DNA of 64,000 nt from Terriglobia bacterium (GCA_965206645.1 CBDBKE010000001.1:1-64000); one strand, 5' to 3'; positions 1-11,789 are shown, numbered from the stretch's first letter. Translations and numbers: made by a program. The notes: generated by a model from the sequence alone, not told the origin.

Positions 1-850
1 GGCGAGGTGGTCTCGCTGCGCGAGCGCATCCGCTGGTTCGAGGACAGGCCGCTATTTGGCAGGCGCGTGCTGGTGCCAAGAACTCGCGCGCAGGCGGGCG
101 CGCTATCACAGCTGCTCAGGGAGAGAGGCGCGCAGGCGCTGGAGATACCTACCATAGAGATACAGCCTGTGGAAGACAGCGCGCGGCTGGATGGGGCTCT
201 CAGGTCGCTTCACACCTATGCTTGGGTTGTGTTCGTGAGCGTGAACGGCGTTCAGGAGGCGTTCGGCCGTATGGAGCGGCTGGGGCTGGATGCGCGGGCG
301 TTCGGGGCCGCGCGCGTGTGCGCCGTGGGGTCGGCGGAACAGCTACGGCCCTGCGTGAGCGCGGGATCGTCGCAGACCTGCAGCCGCGGGAGTCGGTGTC
401 CGAGTCTATAGTCGACGGTCTGTCAGAGGCAGGCATCGCAGGGGAACGCGTGCTGCTGCTGCGAGCTGAGGCGGGCCGTGAGGCGCTGTCTCTCGGACTG
501 GAGCAAGCAGGTGCCCTCGTCGACGACGTGGCGGTGTACCGTACGGTGACGCCGGAGGGTTCGCGGGAACGCGTTCGGGACCTGCTGTCCGGCCGAAGGT
601 GTGGACGCGATCGCGCTTACAAGCTCTTCCACGCTGACCAATCTGCTGTCCCTGCTGGACGGCGATGTTACCGCCTTGGACGGCGCGGCCGTGGCATGCA
701 TCGGCCCCGTGACCGCGGCAACGGCGCAGAGCCGCCGGCCTGCGCGTTGACGCGGTCGCTTCGCAGGCCACGGTTGAAGCGCTTGCTGAGGCGCTGGTCG
801 ACCACTTTTCGTCAAGTCCAGCCGGCGGGACCGGAGGAGGTGTGATATGA
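1..850 (+). CDS. hemD: Uroporphyrinogen-III synthase (HemD domain, probably the C-terminal part of a CobA-HemD fusion); 5'-partial, split by at least two indels
   Basis: 'LRERIRWFEDRPLFGRRVLVPRTRAQAG', 'WVVFVSVNGV', 'VAVYRTV' and 'TSSSTL' segments are spread over ORFs 7-411, 222-845 and a third frame. The last frame ends at a TGA overlapping the hemB ATG (ATGA, 847-850). Confidence 0.85.
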
Positions 851-1833
851 CGTCGCGCTTTCCGCTCACTAGGCTTAGGCGGCTGCGGGAGTCGCAGGCG
901 CTGCGACGCATGACGGCTGAGGCGTCGCTCAGCGTTCAGGACTTCGTTTACCCACTCTTCGCCACGCACGGCCGGGGAGTCCGCGAGCCGGTGGAGCCGA
1001 TGCCCGGAGTCTACCAGATGTCGCCGGACCGGCTGGCCGAGGAGGCGGTTGAGGTATCGGCTTTGGGCATACCTGCGGTGCTGCTGTTCGGGTTGCCCGC
1101 CTCCAAGGACGCCGCCGGAAGCGAGGCGTACGACCCCGAAGGCGTAGTCCAGCAGGCCATCCGGGCCATAAAGCAGGCGGTGCCCGGACTCGCCGTCGTT
1201 ACTGACGTTTGCCTCTGCGAGTACACGGACCACGGCCATTGCGGCGTCCTGAACGGCGGACGCGTGGACAACGACGCCACCCTGGAGCTCCTCGCGCGCA
1301 CCGCGGTCTCGCACGCGGAGGCCGGGGCGGACGTGGTCGCGCCCTCCGCGATGATGGACGGCCAGGTGGGCGCCATACGGCGCGCGCTGGACTCCGCAGG
1401 CCGGTCTGACACGCCCATCATGGCCTACTCGGCCAAGTACGCCTCGGCGTTCTTCGGCCCCTTCCGCGTGGCGGCCGACTCGGCGCCGCAGTTCGGAGAC
1501 CGCAGGGGATACCAGATGGATCCAGCAAATGCCCGGCAAGCCCTTCACGAGATGGAGCTAGACGTGCAGGAAGGTGCGGACATACTCATGGTCAAGCCAG
1601 CGCTGGCCTACCTGGACGTGATAGCCAGGGCAAGGCGCAGGTTTGCCCAGCCCATTGCCGCCTACAGCGTCAGCGGCGAATACTCGATGCTGAAGGCCGC
1701 GGCGGCGAACGGCTGGCTGGACGGCGAGGCTGCCGCGATGGAAGCGCTCACCGCGATCAAGCGGGCCGGCGCGGACATCGTGATCTCGTACCACGCCAAG
1801 GAAGCGGCGCGGCTGCTGGCTGACGGCGGCTGA
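847..1833 (+). CDS. hemB: Porphobilinogen synthase (delta-aminolevulinic acid dehydratase)
   Basis: DVCLCEYTDHGHCG zinc site, PSAMMDG, YSAKYASAFFGPFR, MVKPALAYLD, AYSVSGEY. Confidence 0.97.
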   Translation: MTSRFPLTRLRRLRESQALRRMTAEASLSVQDFVYPLFATHGRGVREPVEPMPGVYQMSPDRLAEEAVEVSALGIPAVLLFGLPASKDAAGSEAYDPEGVVQQAIRAIKQAVPGLAVVTDVCLCEYTDHGHCGVLNGGRVDNDATLELLARTAVSHAEAGADVVAPSAMMDGQVGAIRRALDSAGRSDTPIMAYSAKYASAFFGPFRVAADSAPQFGDRRGYQMDPANARQALHEMELDVQEGADILMVKPALAYLDVIARARRRFAQPIAAYSVSGEYSMLKAAAANGWLDGEAAAMEALTAIKRAGADIVISYHAKEAARLLADGG

Positions 1834-1896
1834 GGTGTGGCCTCAGCCCGGCCTTTCGACTAGAATGGGACGCAAACGAAAGGGAGGCGCTTCGAC

Positions 1897-2139
1897 ATGA
1901 AGATAGAAGTGATAACCGCGGCCGAGTGCCAGGATAGGGTGCTGCTCCTATTCGAAGGGGAAGCGCCAAGCGAGCAGGACACTCAGGTGGACGATTACCT
2001 GCGCTCCAACAACCTGGAACCCAAGCGGCAGTACACCGAGAACAGGGACGGCAAGGACTATCGCGTCTACTACTTCGGCCAGTGCTACATCGGGGCGCAC
2101 ATGGACCAGCTAACTGCGCTGGCGGACGACCCCAAGTAG
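1897..2139 (+). CDS. Small hypothetical protein (80 aa)
   Basis: GGGAGG RBS upstream, natural composition, fills the gap between hemB and ogt. Confidence 0.7.
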   Translation: MKIEVITAAECQDRVLLLFEGEAPSEQDTQVDDYLRSNNLEPKRQYTENRDGKDYRVYYFGQCYIGAHMDQLTALADDPK

Positions 2140-2162
2140 CCCGCGCCTCGATGGAGGTCACG

Positions 2163-2690
2163 ATGCCCAATGAGTCAAGCGAGGGCCTGCAGTACGGCGT
2201 GGTTGAGGTGGTGGCAGGCTGGGTGGGCATACTCGCCTCGCCGGCCGGGATACGCCGGCTGAGCCTCTCGCAGGAGTCGCCTGCGGACGCCATAGAACAC
2301 CTGACGGGCGGCCGGGATGGGTCGGCGGCGGAGTCGCACTTTCCGGACCTGGAGGCCCGACTGGAGCGATACTTCCGCGGCCAGGACACGGCACTCGACG
2401 ACGACCTGGACCTGGTGGGGACGGACTTCCAGAAGAGGGCGTGGGAGGCCGCAAGAGCTATACCGCGCGGCGAGACGCGCAGCTACGGCTGGATAGCTCG
2501 CATCATTGGCAGCCCGGGCGCGGCCCGCGCCGTTGGACAGGCGATGCGGGCCAACCCCGTGCCCTTCATCGTGCCGTGCCATCGAGTGGTCGGCAGCAGC
2601 GGTGCGATGTGCGGCTACGGCGGCCCGGACGGCGTGGACATGAAGCTGAACCTCCTGGCCATGGAGCGCGGCGGCGCATTGGGGATCTAG
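2163..2690 (+). CDS. ogt: Methylated-DNA--protein-cysteine methyltransferase
   Basis: GTDFQ..W, IPRGETRSYG, ARAVGQAM..NP, PCHRVV active site. GGAGG at 2153-2157 favours the ATG at 2163. Confidence 0.93.
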   Translation: MPNESSEGLQYGVVEVVAGWVGILASPAGIRRLSLSQESPADAIEHLTGGRDGSAAESHFPDLEARLERYFRGQDTALDDDLDLVGTDFQKRAWEAARAIPRGETRSYGWIARIIGSPGAARAVGQAMRANPVPFIVPCHRVVGSSGAMCGYGGPDGVDMKLNLLAMERGGALGI

Positions 2691-2823
2691 AAGTCGTTCT
2701 GTTCCTCAACGCACCGTGGTCATTCGCAGTTTGAGGCTGCGCAGTCAATCGGCCGCGTCTCGTGCAGTGTCGTGAGCCGCACCAGCTCTTCGCTTGAGAC
2801 GTCCTCTGCGCAGTTCTCGCCTG

Positions 2824-3471
2824 TCAGGACGTGATCTGGATCTCTCCGAACCAGCAGGACCCCGTGACCACAAGCCGTGCCTTGGGCTCCGAGGGTTCCG
2901 GACGCTTCGTCTCGATGCTGCCGAACATCACGGAGGTGCGGACATCGACCGCCCAGTCGGGCGGAACGCGGAGGTTCACGCTGCCAAAGAGAACGCTTGC
3001 GTTGACCGTGGCCGCGCCGTCAACAATGTCGGTGGAGGTGAGGTCGACTTCGGCGCTGCCGAATGTGGCCGATACGTTGCCACCCGTGAAACCCTTCCCG
3101 GTTGCGTTCTGACTGCTGCCGGAGAAGATGCTAGAAACGTTCAGCATCTCGCCGACATTGACGGACGGGATTCCGGCGAAGGGCCGGCGGCCGAAGAGAA
3201 GCGCCAGTCCAATCACTATGATCAGCACGGGCCAGAGTGCCGAAAAGTCCAGGTCCAAGAGGCCCAGGTTGTGCAGCTGGAACGCCGTGAAGAAGGCGAT
3301 GACAATCAGGCCCCCCTTCCAGTTGCCGCTGGCAAGGCTTGCCACACCGGCAGCAATCGGCAAGAGTGGCCACCACTGTCCCAGGTTGAACTCGCCACCG
3401 GTAAGGTAGGTTAGCAGGAATACGGATCCCAGGATGACGAGCACTACTCCCGCGAACTTCTGGCCGTGCAT
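2824..3471 (-). CDS. LiaF-like membrane protein (DUF5668-type TM N-terminus plus cell-wall-active antibiotic response/DUF2154-like C-terminus)
   Basis: Four TM helices with WP motifs, then 'ATFGSAEVDL...VLFGSVNLRVP' beta repeats. Confidence 0.75.
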   Translation of the reverse strand: MHGQKFAGVVLVILGSVFLLTYLTGGEFNLGQWWPLLPIAAGVASLASGNWKGGLIVIAFFTAFQLHNLGLLDLDFSALWPVLIIVIGLALLFGRRPFAGIPSVNVGEMLNVSSIFSGSSQNATGKGFTGGNVSATFGSAEVDLTSTDIVDGAATVNASVLFGSVNLRVPPDWAVDVRTSVMFGSIETKRPEPSEPKARLVVTGSCWFGEIQITS

Positions 3472-3605
3472 GTCGAACTACCCTCTCAATTCCGGCCGCG
3501 TGTGCCGCGGCAATGGGCGAAACCTTGACTGCTATTGGTGAATTGTAGCATCCGGACCGGCGTGAGGCCAGTGGCCATGGTGGGTTAGGACAGAGCGTGG
3601 CCGCG

Positions 3606-6600
3606 CTACGGAGCTACGCGGTCGCCGCCCTCTACCTCCACGCCGGCGGCGCCAACCATCGCCTCCAGCTCCTCGTGGAGCTCGGGGCAGTAGTTGATAG
3701 GCAGTTCCGGCAACTCTCCGATAACGGTCCTGCCATCGCTGATAATCCTCAGTCCAACAGCGCCATGGCCCGGGTAGTTCATCAGCAGCTTCACCACACC
3801 CCGCAGCAGGTACTCGTCGTGCACCGGATCGCTGGACTCCTCCAGCCTGATCCACAGCTTTGCGGACCGAGATGCAGCGCCGTCGCTCCCGTTCGCGGCT
3901 GTCGCCAGGCTCGGAGAGCCGCCGGTGGCCCCTGGCCCGGAGGAAACGGGCGACATGATACCGTTTCCGTTGGAGGCTGTGTCCGGCAGCGACGGTGCGC
4001 CATGGCCATTAGTTGCCGCGGGCGGTACGCGAGCCGCTTGGCCGCCGGCGGTTGAGTACTGGTCTTCGAGGTTCTGACTCCGGGCCGCGTCGCCTTGGTC
4101 GTCCGGAGCGTAGGCCGAGGCCTCGTCGCATGAGAGCGAGAGCTCTTCGCCGCGTAGTCGTGCGCGACCCGCGATCTGCACGAGGCTTCCCTCGTACCAG
4201 AGGTGCTGCGTCCTGTCGTACGAGTTCGACCACACCATAACCTCCACGCTGCCCCCCAGCAGCTCCAGGGACACGGAGGCGAACGGCTTGCCTTCCTTGG
4301 TGAAACCGTTCCGGCGATGAGACACCTGACCAACCACGGTCACGCGTTTGCCGTCCATATCGCCGTCCAGGCGGTCGCGGGAGATGATGACGTTGTCGGG
4401 TAGCCGGTGAGCCAGCGCGCTGAGCGGGTTCTCGGAGACGAAGCTGCCAAGCAGCTCCTTCTCCCAGGCCAGCTTGTCGCGCTGCTCACGTCGCTATTGT
4501 CCGGCCCGACCGGGATGATTGGAGCGGACGCCGTTTCCGCCAGCATGTCGAACATGGACGTCTGCCCGGATACCTTTAGCTGCGCCTCACGCTGCGCCTC
4601 GGATGCGATCCGCTCCACGTTGTTCAGAGAGCGAGCCGCTGACTGCCAAGCCCGTCGAATGCCCCCACCTTGATGAGGCTCTCCAGCGACCGGCGGTTGA
4701 GCGCCGCCATGTCCGCGCGGCGGCACATGTCCTCGACCGAGCTATACGTGCCGCTCTGCTTTCTCTCCTCCACCAGCGGTGATACAGCCATGTAACCCAC
4801 GTTCTTGACCGAGGCAAGACCGAAGCGAATTGCGGGCCTGCCGTCATCGTGCTCCTCAATCGAAAACTGGGGCTCGCTGCGGTTGACGTCCGGCAGCAGC
4901 ACTGGGATTCCCAGGCGGAGGCACTCCGCCACGTCGGTGGCGATCTTGTCCGTCTGGCCGGAGTGGGCGTTCATCACCGCCGCCATGTACTCCTCCGGGT
5001 AGTTGGCCTTGAAGTAGGCGGTCCAGTAGGCGATCATGGCGTAGCTGACGCTGTGCGCCTTGTTGAAGGCGTATCCGGCGAAGGGCTCGATAAGCTGGAA
5101 CACCTCCTCGGCCAGGCTCTGGGGGAACCCCTTCCCGGTTGCGCCCTCCAGGAACCGTTCCTTCTCTTTCTGCATCACCTCCGGGTTCTTCTTGCCCATC
5201 GCCTTGCGAACCACGTCCGCCTCTCCGAGTGAGTAGCCCGCGAAGGCCTGTGCTATGAGCAATACCTGGTCCTGGTAGACGATCACGCCGTAGGTCTCCT
5301 CCAGGATGTCCTTCATTGTGGGATGCGGATAGCGAATGGGGGCCCTGCCGTGTTTGGCGTCGATGAAGGTGTCGATGTGCTCCATGGGCCCTGGCCTGTA
5401 CAGGGCGATCATGGCCGATACGTCGCCAAGGGAGGTGGGCTTGAGCTTCTGGATGTACCTTCGCATCCCGGCCCCCTCCAGCTGGAACACGCCGGTGGTC
5501 TCGCCTGAGGATAGAAGGTCGAAGGTCTTCTGGTCGTTCAGGGGTATGCTGCCCAGATCCAGGCCCAGGTCCAGGCCGCGCCGGTCCGCCACGGCTGAGC
5601 GGACGTGCGACAGGATGGTGAGGTTGGTGAGGCCAAGGAAGTCCATCTTGAGCAGGCCCAGCTGGGCAATGGGGTTCATGGGGAACTGGGTCATGGCCAT
5701 GTCTTCCGCCGAGTCCCCACGCACCGGCCGCTGGAGCGGTAGGTACTCAACAAGCGGCTCCTTGGTGATGACCACGCCGGCAGCGTGCGTGCTGGTGTGG
5801 CGCACCACACCCTCGAGCTTCTGCGCCTTGTCCACCAGATTCCTGAGCGAGTCGTCGGCCTGGTAGATTTCGCGGAGTTCGGGGCTGGTGTCAAGTGCCT
5901 CTTCCAGGTTGTGGCTCTTGGCAGGTATGAGCCTTGCGACCCTGTCCACGTCTGAGAAGGTCATGCCGAGAGCGCGGCCGGTGTCGCGGATGGCGGCCTT
6001 GGCGCCAAGGGTGCCGAAGGTGATGATCTGCGCCACGTGGTCGCCGCCGTACTTCCTGCGGACGTAGGCGATCACCTCGTCCCGGCGGTCGTCCTGGAAG
6101 TCCATGTCTATGTCAGGCATCTCGCGGCGCTCAAGGTTGAGGAACCGCTCGAAGACCAGGCGATGCCGCAGGGGATCGATGTCGGTGACGCCCAGGCAGT
6201 AGAGCACGAGGCTTGCGGCTGCGCTGCCACGCACTCCGAAGAGGATGCCCTGCTTGCGGGTGAAGGCTGCGATGTCCCAGACGACCAGCATGTAGTTGGC
6301 GAACTGGGTCTTCTCGATGACGTCCAACTCGTAGTCGAGGCGCTGGTGTACCTCTGGGGAGGGGTCAGGATAGCGCATCGCCAGGCCATCCCGGCACAGG
6401 TTCTCCAGGTACTGCTCGGGCGTCATGCCATCCGGCGGCTTGAATTCCGGCAGGCGAAGCTGGGAGAAGTCCAGCTCCACGTCGCATAGCTCTGCTATCC
6501 GTTGCGTGTTGGCAACCGCCTCCGGCATGTCGGCGAAGAGCTCCTCCATCTCCTGGGAGGTCTTCAGGTAGTAGGAGTCGTCGGACATCCTGAGGCGCTT

Positions 6601-7287
6601 CTCGTCGAGCTGGTTGGTGTTCGTATGGATGCAGATGAGAATGTCCTGTGATTCCGCGTCCACCTGATGGGTGTAGTGGCAATCGTTGGTTGCCACGAGG
6701 GGCAGGCCGGTGTCACGCGCAAGTTCAAGCAGGGCTTCATTCAGCCGGTCCAGTTCCGGTACGTTCTCGTGACGCTGGATCTCCAGATAGAATTGATCGA
6801 ACGTGTCGCGGTACCACAGCGCGGTCTCGCGTGCGTCGTCGAAGCTGCCTTCGAGCAGGAGCCTCGGCACCTCCGCGGTGGGGCAGCCGGAGAGGGCGAT
6901 GAGACCCGAGCCGTGCAACCGCAACAGCTCCTTGTCCACCCTGGGCTTGTAGTAGAAGCCCTCAAGGTGGGACTTGGAGGTGAGCTGCAGCAGGTTCTGA
7001 TACCCCTCCATGTTGCGGGCCAGCAGAAGCAGGTGATAGGGGCTTCGGTCTGCGGCGGACTTGCTGTGCCGGCTGCCCTGGGCAAGGTAGGCCTCCAGGC
7101 CGATAATGGGCTTGATGCCGGCTTCCTTGCATGCGGTGTAGAAGTCGATGGCGCCGTAGAGGCCTCCGTGGTCGGTGATGGCGAGGGCAGTCATGCCTAG
7201 GCCACGGGCGCGCTCAACCATAGGTGCGATGCGGCTGAGACCGTCGAGCATGCTGAACTCGGTGTGGTTGTGGAGGTGGACGAACAA
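3606..7287 (-). CDS. dnaE: DNA polymerase III alpha subunit; reading frame broken by indels near ~4360-4640
   Basis: PHP 'HLHNHTEFSMLDG', 'GVRGSAAASLV', 'PDIDMDF', 'KMDFLGL', 'FAGYAFNKAHS'. The OB-fold C-terminus is in ORF 3606-4358 and the linker ('GQTSMFD') in 4340-4726. Confidence 0.95.
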
Positions 7288-7315
7288 TTCTGCCCCAGAT
7301 GGAAAAACTCCCGTG

Positions 7316-7356
7316 ATTATAGCATTGCGTCACTTCTCCGGCACTATATGTTGTGG
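7316..7356 (-). promoter_or_regulatory. Extended -10 promoter (TGCTATAAT on the minus strand) of dnaE with a NrdR-box-like site over the -35 region
   Basis: TATAAT at 7316-7321 (minus strand). GCACTATATGTTGTGG at 7341-7356 resembles the NrdR consensus acaCwAtATaTwGtg. Confidence 0.55.
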
Positions 7357-7675
7357 AAGATTTCGGTTGGATTTGCCAAGTTCACGCGGCCCGCGTACAG
7401 GTGCCACCGAAGGGCTACTTGCTGGGAAACCTGGGTGTGATTGTGCCAATTGAAGGCGGCATCTTGAATTAGCACAGTTCTAGGCGGGCGATTCTGCCAC
7501 GGCCTGTTCGACCGGGCGCGTCGCGTACAACGCCACCTCTCCGGCGCGGGCCTTCCTTCCGACGTGGTGGTGGCCTTTGGAGGCGCCGATTCCCAGAGCA
7601 GGGAGATCGGCCGATTGGTGCCGTGGAGCCGCCTGCATGAAGAGGCGTGGTGACGGAATCGCGTGGGCGCGCGGC

Positions 7676-8467
7676 CTACCTGCCCCGGTAGACGGGCGGG
7701 CGCTTTTCGAGGAACGCGCGAGCGGCCTCTCTCGCATCGTCGGTATCCGACAGCAGTGCGTTGGCCTCGCTCTCGCGCTGCATCGCTGCGGCCAGATCGG
7801 CGTCTTCGCCACCGCTCAGCAGGCTGCGCGTGGCGCGGACGGCCAGAGGTGGGTTGGCTGCGATTTCGTCAGCTAGGGCTGAGGCCTCCTGCATGAGCCT
7901 GTCCGCCGACACCACGCGGCTGACCAACCCCTTCTCCAACGCCCACTGAGCGTCGTAGACGCCGCCGGTTAACGCCATCTCCATCGCCGCGGCGGCGCCA
8001 ACTACCCTCGGCAGCAGGAGCGACGCGCCCGCGTCCGGAACCAGCGAGCGCTTGACGAATATCGAGGAGAAGCCCGCCTCCTGCGAGGCTATTCTGATAT
8101 CGCATGCCAGGGCGATTGAAAGGCCGGCTCCGGCCGCAACGCCGTTCACCGCTGCGATCACAGGCTGAGGCATGTTCCGGATCCGGGCGCTCAGTTCGGT
8201 GATGCCGAGGCCCGGCTGAACATCCACGGCGCCCTCATCCGGCCACAGCAGCTCGTTGACGTCTGCACCGGAGCAGAAGCCGCGGCCCGCGCCGGTCAGA
8301 ATCACCACGCGGACGTTGCTGTCGCCCGCTATCGCAGCCAGGGCCAGATGCAACTCCGCCGCCATTGGGGAGGTGAGCGCGTTGAGCTTGTCCGGCCTGT
8401 TCATCGTCACAAGGGAAAGGTGACCGGCACACTGAACTTCGACGTGCTTGAGGCTATCCGTGGTCAT
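7676..8467 (-). CDS. Enoyl-CoA hydratase/isomerase (crotonase) family protein
   Basis: MNRPDKLNAL, GAGRGFCSGAD, IAAVNGVAAGAGLSIALACDIRIA, AFLEKRPP. Confidence 0.93.
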   Translation of the reverse strand: MTTDSLKHVEVQCAGHLSLVTMNRPDKLNALTSPMAAELHLALAAIAGDSNVRVVILTGAGRGFCSGADVNELLWPDEGAVDVQPGLGITELSARIRNMPQPVIAAVNGVAAGAGLSIALACDIRIASQEAGFSSIFVKRSLVPDAGASLLLPRVVGAAAAMEMALTGGVYDAQWALEKGLVSRVVSADRLMQEASALADEIAANPPLAVRATRSLLSGGEDADLAAAMQRESEANALLSDTDDAREAARAFLEKRPPVYRGR

Positions 8468-8762
8468 GAGATGTGGCTCAGGAGAGGGGAGTGGTCAGGT
8501 TGAAGTTGAACGAGGACTCCCACCGTACTGGATAGGTGAGGGGCGCCGGACGGGCCGGTACGGGAGGGATGCGAAAAGAAAGGTGCGGGCGTGGCTGAAC
8601 TGGAATGACTGGCTCCAAGCACTCCCAACAGAACTGAAGACAGAATCCAAGCGCCGGGCTCGGCCAGTTGTGCCGCCGAGCGGAGAGGTGACTTACAAAT
8701 CCAAGCAGGGCCGCCCGACCTCAATGGGAAACTCAGGCGGCCTCTGTTGCTTGGTAGATTAG

Positions 8763-8903
8763 CTATGCCTTGCCGATGCGGAACATTTTGGTGCTGCACA
8801 CCGGGCACGTGCCCTGGGTGGCCGGGCGGCCGTTCTTCATTGTGATGGCCTGGGTGTTGCTCATCTCCTGCTGAGAACGGCACTTCACGCAATAGCCCTG
8901 CAT
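8763..8903 (-). CDS. DUF5679-like small zinc-ribbon protein (46 aa, below the ORF-track cutoff)
   Basis: Manual translation MQGYCVKCRSQQEMSNTQAITMKNGRPATQGTCPVCSTKMFRIGKA*; two CxxC pairs; GGAGGTG RBS upstream. Confidence 0.85.
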   Translation of the reverse strand: MQGYCVKCRSQQEMSNTQAITMKNGRPATQGTCPVCSTKMFRIGKA

Positions 8904-8983
8904 GGAGTCACCTCCGAAATTAGATTGCGCCCATTCTATAACAAGTTGAGCGCAAGCGTAACCCCATTTTGAGGCAATTTGGG

Positions 8984-11786
8984 CTATTTCGGTGGCTGCG
9001 GAGGAGCGGGAATCAGGTTGTCCGGCGGAATTGGAACGGCTCCCTGCTCATCGCCCTGTGCCCACCAATGCAGGGTGATCTGGGGATCGCCGAGCTCGTG
9101 ACGGAAGGTTACGCGTATGGGGTGCGTGCCGGACGTCAGTCGCAGGGTCCCACTGCCGGACTCGAACGCGCCGGGCACTTCCTCGGCGAGCCCCGGGTTG
9201 TCCACCACAACCGCGTCCCCGATGGTAAGCGTAGCCGGACCGCTGGAGTCCAGTCTGAACCCGTAGTCGCCCGCTTCGTCGATGAGTAGGCCACCCTCCC
9301 AGCGAATTCTGAACTCCCCTATGTATGGACGCTTGTGGAAGAAGAAGAAGAGCATGGGGTCGATTTGCTGGTAACGCCTCAGTGGGCTTTTCCGGGAAGC
9401 TGGGAGCCATGTACGTGCCCAGCAGGCCGTGAGAGCGATCGCCCACGTAGAGGTTTGGCGTGCTTACCACACTTGGCTTATCCCCCGGGCGGCCCCACGT
9501 CAAGCGCGTCCGGCCGTTCGTGTCCCGCACAATGTCCTGAACCCTCAGGCTGTGGAAGCCCACCGCGAGCGGGACCTCGGCCTCACCTGGGCCGCTTAGC
9601 ACCTCCGCGCCGTCTATCGTGAGCATTGCGTCCTGTGAGCCCTCCAGCGTGAGCTTGTACCTTTGGAAATCGCGCACGTAGAGCGAGCCGGTCCACTCGG
9701 CGGAGAGCGGCAGCCTCGTGCCGTACTCTCCCCAGGGCAGGTCGATGCGGGTCACCCTGTCCTCCGTAACGGCCTCCTGCCCAGCCGCCTGAGTGGACAA
9801 TCGCAGCGTAGTCCCCTGCGGGCGGAACACGTCGAGCGAGTCGACCTCCATCGAGTAGAGGATTGGCTGCAGCGGCCCCCTTCCAAAGTCAACCAGCGAG
9901 AAGCTCCGGCCGGGATAGAATTCCTCGAAACGCTTGAAGTGCTGCTGCTGGCGGGTGTCGAAGAAGACCAGGGCGCCCTCACCGCTTCGGACGCCGGAGG
10001 GTGCCTGGCCGGCACGAATGCCTCCACGCGCGGCGGATCGTCCACCAGGTAGCTGATGACCGGGTAGTAGGGCAGGTATGGCGACAGCACCACGTCGTAG
10101 TCAGACGAGGGTAGTTCCTGCAGCCGGTGGGCGATTTCGGTCTGCTCGGGACCGAAGGAACCCCATGAGATCATGCTGTCCCTCTGGAGATGGAAGTAGG
10201 TGTGGAAGTTGTCGTAGGCGGTGGCGGCGAGACCCAGGGCCAGCGTCGCTCCCAGTACGATGGCAGCATGCCGCGGGGTCGGGAACAGGCTCGCTGCGGA
10301 AACCATCACGGCCGCAATGCCAACGCCCGCAAACGCGTAGGCCACGGGCAGCGCTCCCACGACTCGCAGGCTGTTCGGCGCCTCTAACGGCAGCGTGATC
10401 AGGCCCGGCAGCAGCGCTACGAAAAACCACACCAGCAGCAGGAACGGCACCGGACGGTGAGGCCTGGACAAGCAGTACAGGAAACCGAGAACCGCCACAG
10501 CCCCGGCGCCAAACGACAGCATGGGCTCCAATGGCAGGCTGTGTCGGCCGTTCACGTCGCCGCTGTAGTTGAACATGAGGAGGTAGCTGTCTAGATTCGG
10601 CCCAATCGAGGTGATTGGGTCGATAGCAGGGCCTCTGTTGAGAGACGTGACAATGACGGCCCGTTTCCAGAAAAACTCGGCGTTGGTAACGGCGTACTGC
10701 AGCAGGGGCGCAGCGACCAGCACGGCGCCGGCCGTGAACGACGCCGCACGCAACAGGGCTTCGCGGGCGGGCGGGCGGTACTTCACAAGGACGAAGCCGG
10801 CGATGAGAAGCAGTGCGGCTGGCATGGTTCTGAGTGCCTGGTAGAACCAGAAGCTCGAGCCAAGCACCATTCCGGCAAGCGCGAGAGACGCCACGTCATT
10901 CCTGCGCAAGGCACACAGGAATGAGAACACCACTCCGACGCCAAGGAGTGTCGCGGTCGTGCCCGGCATACCACTCCGGCCCCACGTGATGTCCCAGCTA
11001 GATACCGCCACCAGGAACGCAACCAGCAGGGCGATGCGCCATCCCATGAGGCGGCGCAGAAGCAGGTACAGCAGCAGGATGAACCCCACGTCGAGCAGCG
11101 CCGACGGCAGTCTTACCGCGGTCGCGCTTCTGCCGAGCACAGCTACAGAGGCCGCCTGGATGGCAATGAACGGAGACGCAAGGTTCGCAGCCGGCACGAA
11201 GATGGGTCGGTATGAGCTGTCCTCCAGCATCTCGACGGCTCTCATGCCGTGGACGGCCTCGTCAAACCACAGGCCGAACGGCAGGCTCTCCAGCGCAACC
11301 ACGCGGAGAAGGAGCGCGAGAGCAAGTATGGCTCCCACGGCCGCGATCTCGATACGAGCCGCCGCAGACGGCCGCTTGAATCGCCCCTCTGAGCCGGCGC
11401 ACGACGTCGGCCGGCGATGGTCGCAGCAGCACGTAGAGAAACGCTAGTACGCTGGCGGCATGGAGCGCCCAGGCCAGGCCGTCGTCTGGGTTGGAGTGGG
11501 AGCGATACAGGCTCAGCGTGAGAAAGGGCAGCGCGGCGAGCAACGCCAGGACAAACCTGCGCGGTCGGCGATCCTCGGTGCTTTGCTCTTGTGGGGCCGG
11601 CTTGAGTAGGTCGCTGCGGAACAGGGCTGTCTCGCGGGGTCGGGCCGCTACGAGAGCCGCGCCTCCAGCGGCGAACAGCAGCAGCCCGATCGCCAGGGAG
11701 TCCGCGTGCTCGAGGAAATACTGGCCCGCGAGCGCAAGCGCCAGAGAGGCCAGCGCAAGTAGACCCCTGGTCCGCGTAGCGTTCAA
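8984..11786 (-). CDS. GT39/PMT-like membrane glycosyltransferase fused to PA14 domains; split by about three indels
   Basis: ORF 9752-11338 has 'PFGLWFDEAVHG' and many TM helices. ORFs 9048-9851 and 8984-9355 contain PA14-like 'W.G.L.I...GDY.F.L.S...LTIG' segments. ORF 11262-11786 is the TM N-terminus. Confidence 0.75.
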
Positions 11787-11789
11787 CTG

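Noticed and set aside
1-11786. Frameshifts in hemD, dnaE and the GT39-PA14 gene as programmed recoding, a split DnaE or an intein
   Set aside because: Multiple scattered single-base indels in housekeeping genes, no slippery-site or intein motifs seen; best explained as sequencing or assembly errors.
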